From contig NC_068990.1 of assembly GCF_001194135.2 (NCBI RefSeq), forward strand, positions 1,698,522-1,762,521: a stretch of DNA of 64,000 bases, written 5' to 3'. The DNA comes from Octopus bimaculoides. Its lineage: Eukaryota. This document shows positions 52,760 through 64,000 of the stretch, piece by piece; the stretch's first letter is position 1; each line of letters begins with the position of its first letter. Under the pieces are notes generated by a model. The model did not search any database and was not told the origin of the DNA. It worked only from the letters and a program-made list of their open reading frames with translations. Made by a program: the position numbers and the translations under genes.

Positions 52760-53215
52760 TGGTAAGCTGGGGAGCTGCACCAGACTCCAGTCAGTTTTGG
52801 TTTGGTTTCTATGGCTTGATACCCTTCCTAACTCCAACAACTCCACATAGTGTACCAGGTGCCTTTTACATGTCACCAGCATGGGCACCTTTTTATATGT
52901 AACTGGCACAGGTACCATTTATGTGTCAGCAGTTCTGGCAACATCTATTATTTCACTTAGTGTGATGTGTCTTCTCAAGCACAGCAAATTGCCAAAAATT
53001 TCAGTGACTTGTCATTGCCTCCATGAGACTCAACATCCAAAGATCATATTTCACCACCTCATCCCACATCTTCCTGGGTCCACCTCTTCCTGGGTCCACC
53101 TCTTCCTGGGTCCACCTCTTCCTGGGTCCACCTCTTCCTGGGTCCACCTCTTCCACAAATTCCCTCCACAGTTAGAGATCACCAGTTCTTTACACAGTGG
53201 TCATCGTCCATAAGC
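52760..53215 (-). mobile_element. RTE LINE 3' fragment containing a 16-bp x5 tandem amplification (53069-53148)
   Basis: Minus strand MDDDHCVK..SLTVEGICGRGGPRK..WDEVV. The unit tcttcctgggtccacc is repeated five times. Confidence 0.8.
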
Positions 53216-54061
53216 AATATCTATTAATATTAGTTAATATAAAGTTGTATTTTTGATGTGAACACAGATACACACACACAAACATATGCACACACACACT
53301 TACACCACCTGTATACACGTATATTTATATATGTAAGTATATATATGTCTCTCTCTCACTCTCTCTGTATATATATAGATATATATATAATTTATATGTA
53401 AATGCATATATATATGTATATATATATATATTTATAGATGCATGTATATATACATACACTCACACACTCACATACACATATATACAAATATATATACATA
53501 TTTTGTGTGTATATACATGTGTATATGTTTGTGTGTATGTGTGTATGAATGTATGTATGTATGTATGTATGTATACAGATATAGATAGACTGGTTCATCA
53601 GACTTCTGTTGAGCTTCTATCTCCTAAATTGAATTAGCAAGTCATAGGCTAACTNNNNNNNNNNNNNNNNNNNNNNNNNNNNNNNNNNNNNNNNNNNNNN
53701 NNNNNNNNNNNNNNNNNNNNNNNNNNNNNNNNNNNNNNNNNNNNNNNNNNNNNNNNNNNNNNNNNNNNNNNNNNNNNNNNNNNNNNNNNNNNNNNNNNNN
53801 NNNNNNNNNNNNNNNNNNNNNNNNNNNNNNNNNNNNNNNNNNNNNNNNNNNNNNNNNNNNNNNNNNNNNNNNNNNNNNNNNNNNNNNNNNNNNNNNNNNN
53901 NNNNNNNNNNNNNNNNNNNNNNNNNNNNNNNNNNNNNNNNNNNNNNNNNNNNNNNNNNNNNNNNNNNNNNNNNNNNNNNNNNNNNNNNNNNNNNNNNNNN
54001 NNNNNNNNNNNNNNNNNNNNNNNNNNNNNNNNNNNNNNNNNNNNNNNNNNNNNNNNNNNNN

Positions 54062-54101
<40 letters not shown>

Positions 54102-55374
54102 TATATATATATGTTTATGCATATGTTTATATGTGTATGTACGTATGTATGTGTGCATGTATACATACATATATATAGTATATATGTAGGGAGAGGGAGA
54201 GAAGGGGAGAGAGGGAGAGTGTGTGAGACAGTGAAAAGCAGTCAGAATTTACATCTCGTGGGTCATTAAATCAAAATGAATACAAAGATAGATTTATATA
54301 ATAAATAGATTTATGTAATTATTTTCTGATATTATTAGCTTCTGAGTGATGTAGCTGAATAGTTTGTAATTAATGTTTTGTGTCATTAACTAAGCTTATC
54401 TATCAATTGAACTAAGAGAAAAAATGGGTAAAAGTAATGGAAATTATCCCCAATTAAATCTTTGCTTCACTATATCTACTTGGCTATTCTGTCGAATTCA
54501 GATTCAAATATCAACACACAAATACATACGACACACACACACACACACACATACACACACACATTTACACACGCAAATACACATTCTTACTTTGCATAGA
54601 GACCCCCTCACATTTATATGCATGTACAAGCACAAACATCTATATAGATATATATACATATACATACACGCATGCCTATATCTATTTGTACATATCGATG
54701 AATACGTAGATACATATATAAATACATACATAGATACATATATAAACTCAGATATGCACATAGATGCACACACACACACACACACACAATTCAAACTCTA
54801 CTAAACTCTTCTTTAGCCAATCAGGTCTTCTGAGGCATGCTCTGCATTATTATCATTACTATCATCCTCCTCCTCCTCCTTCTCTGCTGCCGCCACCACC
54901 ACCACTACCACCACCAACACCACCACTNNNNNNNNNNNNNNNNNNNNNNNNNNNNNNNNNNNNNNNNNNNNNNNNNNNNNNNNNNNNNNNNNNNNNNNNN
55001 NNNNNNNNNNNNNNNNNNNNNNNNNNNNNNNNNNNNNNNNNNNNNNNNNNNNNNNNNNNNNNNNNNNNNNNNNNNNNNNNNNNNNNNNNNNNNNNNNNNN
55101 NNNNNNNNNNNNNNNNNNNNNNNNNNNNNNNNNNNNNNNNNNNNNNNNNNNNNNNNNNNNNNNNNNNNNNNNNNNNNNNNNNNNNNNNNNNNNNNNNNNN
55201 NNNNNNNNNNNNNNNNNNNNNNNNNNNNNNNNNNNNNNNNNNNNNNNNNNNNNNNNNNNNNNNNNNNNNNNNNCTCATCATCATCATCATCAGTAGCAGC
55301 AGTAATATCTTATCTTTATTATTATTTTCTAGAGAAGAAAAACTTTAATAAGAATATCGACAAGTTTTTTTTTA

Positions 55375-55428
<54 letters not shown>

Positions 55429-57480
55429 AATAATGGACAGTCAAGTTTGGTGAATTAGCAGAAATGGTTAAGTGTCAGACTGAGAATTCGAAGCGAATTA
55501 ATTGTATTCAAGCCACAGGCAAAGCACCTGTTACTCGTTCCTCACTTGCTTTTCCAATAATGGCTTCAGCGAAGAGTTGCATAAACTTGTGAGAAAGTGG
55601 AATGTTCTTTCTGGAAATGGAACCATCCATTGAATAACGTTTGGTCGTTTGATCTAGTTTATGTTGCATGTTGTCATTGTGTAGGTGTTATACCCTCCCA
55701 GGTCAATTTTAAATGAGTAAACTAATATATACAACCATTCCATTTGTGATTCATCCTGTCTACTTTGCTTATCTATGACAGCCATTCTTAAATGGTGAAC
55801 CATGGTACTGTGGTGTACCACAAGTACCACAGGTACTCTGTGGAATTTTTAAAATATAATTTAAGGCTTTAGAAAATAATTTATGCTTGCTTCGGCATCT
55901 TTACCATTTATCTTTTACTTGTTTCAGTTATTAGGCTGTGGCCATACTGGGGCACCGCATTGAAGAAATTTTGTTATCGAATTGACCCCAGTATTTATTT
56001 TTTTTTTAAGGAGAGATACTTATTTTATTGGTGACTTTTGCTGAACTGCTAAGTGATGGGGACACAAACATACCTGCACTGGTTGTTAAGCAATAGTGAT
56101 GGACACACAGACACAAACATGCACACACACACGCACACACGCACACACACACACACACACACACACGTACACACACATGTACGTACATGCACACACACAC
56201 ACACACAAACGTACACAGACGCTCACACACACACACACACACATGCACACGAGTTAAAGGAAGAGGTAAAAAAAATGAAGGCAGAACAAGCTTATCAGAT
56301 CATTGAAGTTATTTTAATTATTATAATGGTGAATGGAAGTAAGCAAAAGTAAATAATAATGTCTTGCATCTCTTTCGGGGATATCTCAGATAATGGTTCG
56401 ATGTGTTGATCCACATTTCCATATACTGGGTATTCTGTCATTGGAGACAAGGTGTACATGCAGGAAATGTCTATGTAGAGATGTGGATAGAAAGTTTGAT
56501 GTAGAGGAAAATATGAAGACCAAGGCTCATAGTTCATCCTGACTCTTGACTCCGCTCCCATTATTTGCATGAGCATTAAGCTGCTAGATCCCATTTTATC
56601 AACTGGATGCATTCCTCAATCTGCTTTCTGAACTATGGACTTACCTGGGATTATTGATAAGGAGGTACACCTTCATGGAAATATGTGTCAACCCATACTC
56701 TCTAGAAGAGATGGTTAGGTGTGATTTTAGGGAGACTTACTTAGTTCTTCTTACAAGTTAAATAATCTCTTAATGGCCTTTTCATTAGCTCACTGATTTA
56801 GATTACATGCTTTCAAGTAGGTTCTCTGTAAGCTAAAGTTTCATCATATTTTTGTAGTATCAGTTTGTAGGAGGTGATTTGGAACTTAACACAAGATTTG
56901 TTCTTTTGAGAATTGAAACTGAATGACCTAAGGTATGTTGAGCAGCTTTGCTTTTGCTTGGTTTCCTATAATATTTGATTTAACTGCAGTAGTAACATGG
57001 GGTTTTCTGCATGTAGGCAAATTAGCACAGTTATTAGAGCATGTGACAAAGCACATTGCAGCATTTACTTCAGCGCCTTGTATTCTGATTTCAAATTCCC
57101 CTGAGATCAACTGTGGTCTTTATCTTCCAGGATCAATGAATAAAATGCCAGCCTAGAGTAGTGAACTCTTAGAATCATTTGAGGATTGGATAGGTTGCAT
57201 TGCTTTACTTCTAGCTTTTTGCTTTCTGAGTTCAAATCCAACTTACATGGATAGTAATTGAATTTTTGCCTGGGTTACCCTACCACCATGTATTATTACC
57301 ACAACCAACAAGGGTATTTTTATCAGAGTTCACTTTGTAGCAAGCATTTGGGCCAGGTCTCCAGTTTAATATACCTTCTTCTGTTCATCCCGCCTGTACC
57401 AAAGGCCCTCTAGAAGGTCATGGACACTTCCCTCCTCCTTGCCAAGTGATAAAGAAAATGCGATTTTTCATTACGTGGAT

Positions 57481-57775
57481 CAGTGATTCTTAACCAGGGT
57501 TCATATGAGATTTGGGGTGGGGTGAGGGTCCATGCTAGCAAAGCGGTAAATTGGGGACTGACAGTAGTATTTGAAGGGTCCATGTAAAGTTCTGATTTAA
57601 GTGTATGTATTGAAAGAAACAATTAGGTTTCTTGCTCTAACATTTTAGGTAGTTCAACTTATACAAGTGAATGAGTGAATAAGAAAATAGGAATTTAGAA
57701 AGAAGTATCTGTAAAATTAGTTTTTAAACAACATCGAATGGTTATAGAGATCCACTAATCTGTAATTTAGTCTGT
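57481..57775. mobile_element. Second copy of the hAT MITE, one end eroded
   Basis: Starts CAGTGATTCTTAACC; the body is reverse-complement-similar to 33773-34123. Confidence 0.6.
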
Positions 57776-58029
57776 GTGGATTGTATATCAATCTGGAAAA
57801 CCAATCTCTCAAGATTCGGTCAGCAGGTTCCTGTTTAGGCATCGAGAGACACTCTTTAGACATTACTGTGATATCTCACTCCTTACACTTAGTCAAAAAG
57901 TGGAATGGTATTGAGATAGAAATTCTGGATGTCTTGGAGCAACAGAAGGGCATAGAAATACCTAACCATTCTCAGACCCTTCTAACTGTCTGATGATGAT
58001 ATTGAATGCATTTTATGAATGCACCATTG

Positions 58030-58385
58030 TTGGCTTTGTGAATTTACTAAGGGGCTACCCAGGTTTTGTTCAAATTATTTATTACTTTAGTGGACAAGAG
58101 CAGAGGATGGTTTGATGTTTCTATAGTTCAGTGTCGTAATGTTTATGAGTGTCATCAATATGGTATAGTTGTGGAGAAACCCTGTCAGGGCCTAACTTAC
58201 TGGAAGCTAATCTCTATCATTCCTGGCGTACAAAACCTGTAGTGACTTCGTTAGGGAACTTGTTAAGGACCTCATTAGAAATCTCATTAGTAACCCCAAT
58301 GATAATCTCATTAGTAATGCAGTTAAGTAGAAATTCACTGAAACTGTTATCAATTATAAACGATGGGAATATTTTAAGCATCTCA
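58030..58385 (-). mobile_element. Possible decayed Helitron helicase fragment
   Basis: KIFPSF...TNEISNEVLNKFPNEVTT...HYDTEL/RNIKPS..H...GSP resembles VFPNI...VNEIN..I.N.LPGE..TY...YPTEFLNS..P.G.PPH.L.LKVGSP. Weak and frameshifted. Confidence 0.4.
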
Positions 58386-58638
58386 AAAAACATTTATCTG
58401 AATGAAGATGATACACAAATTTGTGAAGCATCTCATATTATAGGAACAGGCATGGCTGAGTGATTAAAATGTGGTTTCAAATTCCATCACACATTCAAAT
58501 ATACTATCTTAGGCAAAATATCTTCTGCTATAGACTCAGGCCAACATCAAGGACTTATGAGTGAATTTGGTAGCTGGAAACTGTAAGATATCTACATGTG
58601 TGTGTATGTGTGTTTATGTTTAAATATATATATATATA

Positions 58639-59060
58639 TTGGGTCATACCATAAATAATGCACTTTTTCAATTGCATGAAATAAAAGTCGGAGGGGGACA
58701 GGATAAACTACCTGCATCAACATGCTGTGAAAGCAGGTAGTAATTTTACCTTGCATTTATTCGTAGTGCAAGTTTTTTGAAGAGTCCAGTTCGATTTTAA
58801 CAGTTATTTTTTCAAAGCTATAATGGAAGTGACAAAGGAGCATATGCAGCACATTTTGCTTTATGAGTTAAATAAAGGCAACAACACAATGGAAAATGTG
58901 AAGAATATTAATGCAGTGTATGGGGATCTGTTTGGTGGGATATGAAAGGTTTAGTCCACTCTGAACTTTTAAACCCAGACCAAATGATAACAAAGGAGAT
59001 ATACTGCAAGCAGCTTGGGTGGCTTAAATCTGCACTAGAATGAAAACGAGCATCATTGTT
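58639..59060 (+). mobile_element. Mariner deletion derivative (5' TIR, N-terminus and a mid-fragment)
   Basis: TA+TTGGGTCATACCATAAATAATG; MEVTKEHMQHILLYELNKGNN..NINAVYGD from 58823 is joined directly to WWDMKGLVHSELL..ITKEIYCKQL. Confidence 0.8.
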
Positions 59061-59063
59061 TTT

Positions 59064-59248
59064 GCAATACTGCATTTTTGGCGGTAGTATGTTTCATCGA
59101 ATAGGAAGAACTCTTAGAGATTCAATGACAAAAGTCTGTTTATGCAGTCCCGAGGTATTTTTCTAACCAGAATTTTATTGCCACTATCCTGTAGTCATGT
59201 GGAACGTTGGTGTAGAGGTTGATGACATTGAAGGAGACTAATAGTGCT
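59064..59248 (-). mobile_element. Penelope-like element reverse-transcriptase fragment
   Basis: LLVSFNVINLYTNVPHDYRIVAIKFWLEKY then FLFDETYYRQKCSIA, matching PLE RT motifs LVSFDV..LYTNIP and F.F....Y.Q..G.AMG. Confidence 0.8.
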
Positions 59249-62200
59249 CCTTCAAGAAGAAGAAGAAGATGATGATGATGATGATGATGATGATGATCAT
59301 GATGACGATGAAGAATTAACTGAGTTGTTTGACACTGGACTGAATGCTTTGCAGTGTTCTGGCTCTCTGTATTCTTAATTCAAATGCCGTCAAGGTCAAC
59401 TTTACCTATCATCCTTTTGAGAGTTGATAAAAAAGAAAGAACCAGCTCAGAGTTGGGTACGGTTCCTTGCAGTATATCCTGGTTCCTTGCATTCTGATAG
59501 GAATATCTGCAACAATGCTGGTGCAAAGCTGTGTGCACTTGAGTTGGTGACCTTTCATCATGGACAGACATGGATTATGCAAAGAAGGGTAGGTGCTTTG
59601 GTTCCATTTTGTTAGCCTTCAGATCAGTAGCTATATTTGGATGTAAGTGTATAAATGTCAGTGAAAGAATTCCAGTTAGAATTTGTTGCTGTTGTTGTAT
59701 TTGTTACGGATCAGCAGGTTTATCTTTTTCAAATATTCATTCAATTGTGTTAGATTTATTCTATTTTGTTTTTGTGACATTGTATTATTACACATGTACT
59801 CAACCCAAGCTCTCATATTTCCATTACTGCTTCATTAAGTTCCTTCAGAGAAATTCCCCCAACAAAATATTTTATAATGATGGCCTTTTGCCTATATTTT
59901 GTTCCTTCTGTTCGATCCTATTGGTAGATATGACATGCAATACTGACATTTCATATTTTATTCTCCCATACCACATTTTAAATAATCATCTTCAGAATTC
60001 ACTATTGTATAGTTTATAACACATGTATAAGCAACAGTAATTTCGCAAAACATTATTATAACTAAATGATTAAGATACATGTATAATTTGCTCAACTAAA
60101 ATTCAAGAATTCTGGTTTAATTTTTAATTGTATGATACTTTTGCTTTAAATATAATCATTTAAATATAATTGCATCACTGTTACTCTTTAAACACATTAC
60201 TAATAAGTCATAATTTACATATCTTCATTATCTCTCAAAAAATTCTAAGTATCATTATTTTCCTGGCATACAGTAAATAATTCTCTAGACACATTGATTT
60301 GTATATTTATTCTTCATATGTTCCAGTAGATTCAAAGACAAATATGCTAGATGTGTCTTCATAACATGTTTCATTGGTGCAAGGGATTCAAAAACACTCG
60401 AGTTTTGACATGTGATTTGTCGTCCAAAAACACCTTAGATATTTGAGCTTAAACAAATGACTGGCTTTGTTTATAATTTCAGTGAACGAAAATGTTTGCT
60501 GATCAGTGCTTATACATGCCAACGGATAAAAAAATCGTTATTTGCACTTTTAATAAGATTAAGTTATACCACATTCTTCGAAATCATTGTTATTACTTTT
60601 ACTAATTTTCTGTTTTTATAAGATAACATTACTTCTAATATGTTTTACTTCGTAATTGCAATGGTTTTTCACATGAAGTTTTTTAAAAAAAGATAACGCT
60701 TCCCTCTCTCTATGTATCTGGTATACTTGGATATTGTTTACTGAGTAACTTAATTACATATTTCTCAGAATCTATATATTCAGAATTCTTGTGGTACATT
60801 TTTGTCATTATCTGTTGTTCATACGATGAAGCAATAGATTTTGGCTGCAATAAAAACACATCATACTCTACTTTTTTTGATAATTAGAATTGGATGGGTT
60901 TTTGTTTTGTGTTCTTGTATATATAAATGTCAGATGAACTTTATCTGTGTTTCAGAATACATCTCTTGTTAGACAGTGTTGCACTGAATCTGATAAAAGT
61001 CAATGATTACATTAATAACATAAGAATCTAAGAAATACTCAGTGACTTACACTATAAGTCAGTGTGGAAGTAGTTCCTTTGCTTAGGCAACTAGAAGACT
61101 CTCTGAGGAAATTGATAATCAAACAATCATCAATCAACCAATCAATCAATATACAGAGGGCAGCCACATTAGAGTTATCATAAGCAATTTTTAAAATGCT
61201 TCATACATTGCTTCTATCTCGAACAGAGGTTTTCTAATGGACTAGTTTCCTAGTTACAAAATCAGTGATTGTATAGCACTGTGTTTTCTATATATTGCAA
61301 GCAAGGTAAACCGCTACCATACCTGACAACAAGTACCTACCACCGAGGAGATCCAATACAAATCAAAACCATGAGTTCAGGTCTTGAAGCTAGGGTGGCA
61401 GGCGTTATCTGCCACTTGCAATAACTATTGGGTGTGAGAAGCACACTAAATAAACCAGCTAGAGGAGACGTCATCCTGGGGTTAAATAGCAGTAGTGTTG
61501 TCTCTTTAAGGACAGCCACATTAAAGTGGCCATAAGTAATATATATATATGGATATATATATACACACACCTAAAAACATACGCATAAATTCATGTGGAC
61601 GTACATATACATACATGCATGCATACAGAAACACAAATCTATACACAGCATACACACAAACACATACAAACATTAATAGGCACACATATATATATATATG
61701 CACACAGATACATGTAATGTGAATAAATGAAGATGGTGGTTCCAGAGTTATAAGAGAAATGCCGATGAAGATAACTCATATATGAAAACTCATTTAATTA
61801 TGTCACAAAGAATATGTCAATCACATTGAATCCAAACAGTACTAGTAGTTCAAAAGTATAAATCAGTATAAAAATAACAGATATGAGAACAGTGTGTACT
61901 GAAATAGTACTAGAAACGAATGCTTATATACAGAGTTATGGTATTGCTTAACCATGAAAATAGATAAAAATTTCAGCTTATAATGCATGATGAAGTTAAC
62001 AGAAGATGATAGCAGTTCATAGCAATGTGATCAATTAAATAATGATTGAATTAGACACAATCAGACTTCATATTTTATGAAGACGCTCACAAGAAAATTA
62101 TTGTGGAATAATTAAAAAAATTCTAGACAATATTTCAAACTGATTTGTGTATCTTCTACATAATGTGTGTGTGTGTCACTTAATAAGCTAAAAGATATAT

Positions 62201-62884
62201 TCTTTACATAATGTATGTGTGGGTTGCAGAGCATGTGTATCAAAGCGTATGTGTCTGTGTGACAGTGTTGTTTTCTGAGTGATGATATGAGCTCATGTAA
62301 ATCGTAGAACATGTTCTGGCTGTCTACAAAAAGACTATGGGATGTTTTGTGGCTCATAGAATTTGTCAGTCTTTCTGTAAGAGTGATTCATGCTAGCAAA
62401 GTAAAGTAGATGGATGAGCTGGAAGTAGCCAAGAGAAAGAACCAACTATATAACTAACATGTCTAAGAGTTAATCTTCATTTAATTAAGGTATTCTCGGA
62501 CTGGTGATTAACTAAATTGAGTACCTGTCATTGAGTAATTAATACAGCAGAGGATCAACCAGCTAAGGAAAATATGTAGCCTGCATTTTATCCATTCCAC
62601 TCCCTCAATTTGAATTTTTATTCGTATTTGTGGCAAGTGTAGTCATGATTTCTAGCAAGAATAGTTGCCATAGCGAGGTATACAGAAACTTCCAGCTTAT
62701 TGAATTTTCTTGTAACTTTGATGTGGGAAAACATGTGTGACCTTTGATGCCAGTAAAATGTTATTGTCTCTGATTGTATACGTCCCCTTGTTTTCTATAC
62801 CAGCTTACAGACTGCTTGAAGCATGCAGACTTCCTGCACTTGGATACCTGGATCTTACCTTTACATATCGATGTATATATATAT

Positions 62885-62966
<82 letters not shown>

Positions 62967-63259
62967 TTAATAAAGAGAAAGTTCTCGGTACAGTATTATA
63001 TATATTTGAAAGAATGAGTAGAAATAGTTCTTTTGAAGGGATCATTTTTGTAAACATTATTATTAAGATTAAAATAAAAATTATCCCCTCAAAAAAGGCA
63101 TCTCTACTAATTTTTTCAAACACACACACACACACACACACTCACACACACAGACACACACACACACACACACATATATACAAGCAGAAGGAACAAGTTT
63201 CACTTGGGTTATAAACTTAACACTTTGCTTGTAGTGTAATTTGAGACCTTCCTTCTAGG

Positions 63260-63715
63260 CATGGTTAAATAAATATTTTGCAAATCACCCGTTCGTACAT
63301 TGGTGTGAAATAATTTTTTTCCACAAGATATTGTGAGTATATTCAATGTATCTGACCTCCAAACCTGATGCAAACCACATTTTTCTGAAAAAGAAAGAGG
63401 AGGACCTCGGAGTTTTGTTTGGGAGGTTTTTGTTTTTCTTTACCGGGTTATTTTGCATATTTTCAACGAATGTGACATTGAAATCACATATAAATGGCTC
63501 CTTTCCCCAGAAAAGGAAAGATTTGGCTTCTAAAGGACCCACCAATATTTTGCTGTGAAATAATTTTCGACCCCTCCCCACTTTTCTTTTCTAGGAAATA
63601 ACTGGCTTGCAGTGGGTTTGGAGGTCATGTACGTTCAATGCACTTGAAAAACATGAGGAAAAAAATTATTTTACACCGAGGTATGAACAGATCATTTATG
63701 AAATATCTACCCATG
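63260..63715. mobile_element. Unclassified foldback/MITE with ~120-bp imperfect inverted arms
   Basis: Left gttcgtacattggtgtgaaataattttttcc..tgacctccaaacc matches the reverse complement of right ggtttggaggtca..ggaaaaaaattattttacaccgaggtatgaac. Confidence 0.7.
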
Positions 63716-64000
63716 GTTATTTACTGATGCACAAATACACCAGTACAGGGATTTTGTTTGACCCTTCAGCCTTTCTAACATTTTGTTTATGTGTTTGTGA
63801 TACAGAAGATTGTGAACACTGAAAATAATGGCAATAACTTTTTTCTTGCCAGACATCATTACAACGGTAAATGCTAGACAGAATGGTTGACAAAATAAAG
63901 AGAATGATAGAGATGTGACGTCGTTGTCATCGTCATATAAAATATCCTTTATTATCTTGTATGTGACAAATGTGCAAACAGGTACACATTCACAGACGCA

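Noticed and set aside
56360-56620. 105-aa minus-strand ORF
   Set aside because: No motif recognised in any frame; probably an unidentifiable decayed repeat.
59570-60019. 149-aa plus-strand ORF
   Set aside because: Compositionally biased with no CFAP65 or other similarity. The opposite strand shows only a weak Helitron-like pattern with stops and wrong spacing.

Overview
AT-rich, microsatellite-dense animal genomic DNA from a gapped draft assembly with many N-runs. The SINE and LINE families look like those of Octopus; this is inferred from recalled repeat consensus, not from a search. The only host gene I can support is CFAP65 (CCDC108) on the + strand: three in-phase internal exons (17385-17524, 33542-33626, 47140-47292) separated by 16.0 kb and 13.5 kb introns. 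The rest is intronic and filled with tRNA-derived SINEs, RTE and CR1 LINE remnants, mariner/maT/hAT DNA transposons, Helitron remnants and Penelope-like (PLE) pieces. The most interesting signal is a set of hammerhead-ribozyme motifs. Four of them sit in two adjacent head-to-head palindromic elements at 13.8-15.2 kb, and a sense-strand one with an intact core lies at 48.4 kb. There is also a CpG-decayed TRIM-NHL (mei-P26/NHL-2-like) gene fragment inside a CFAP65 intron. All alignments were done by eye.
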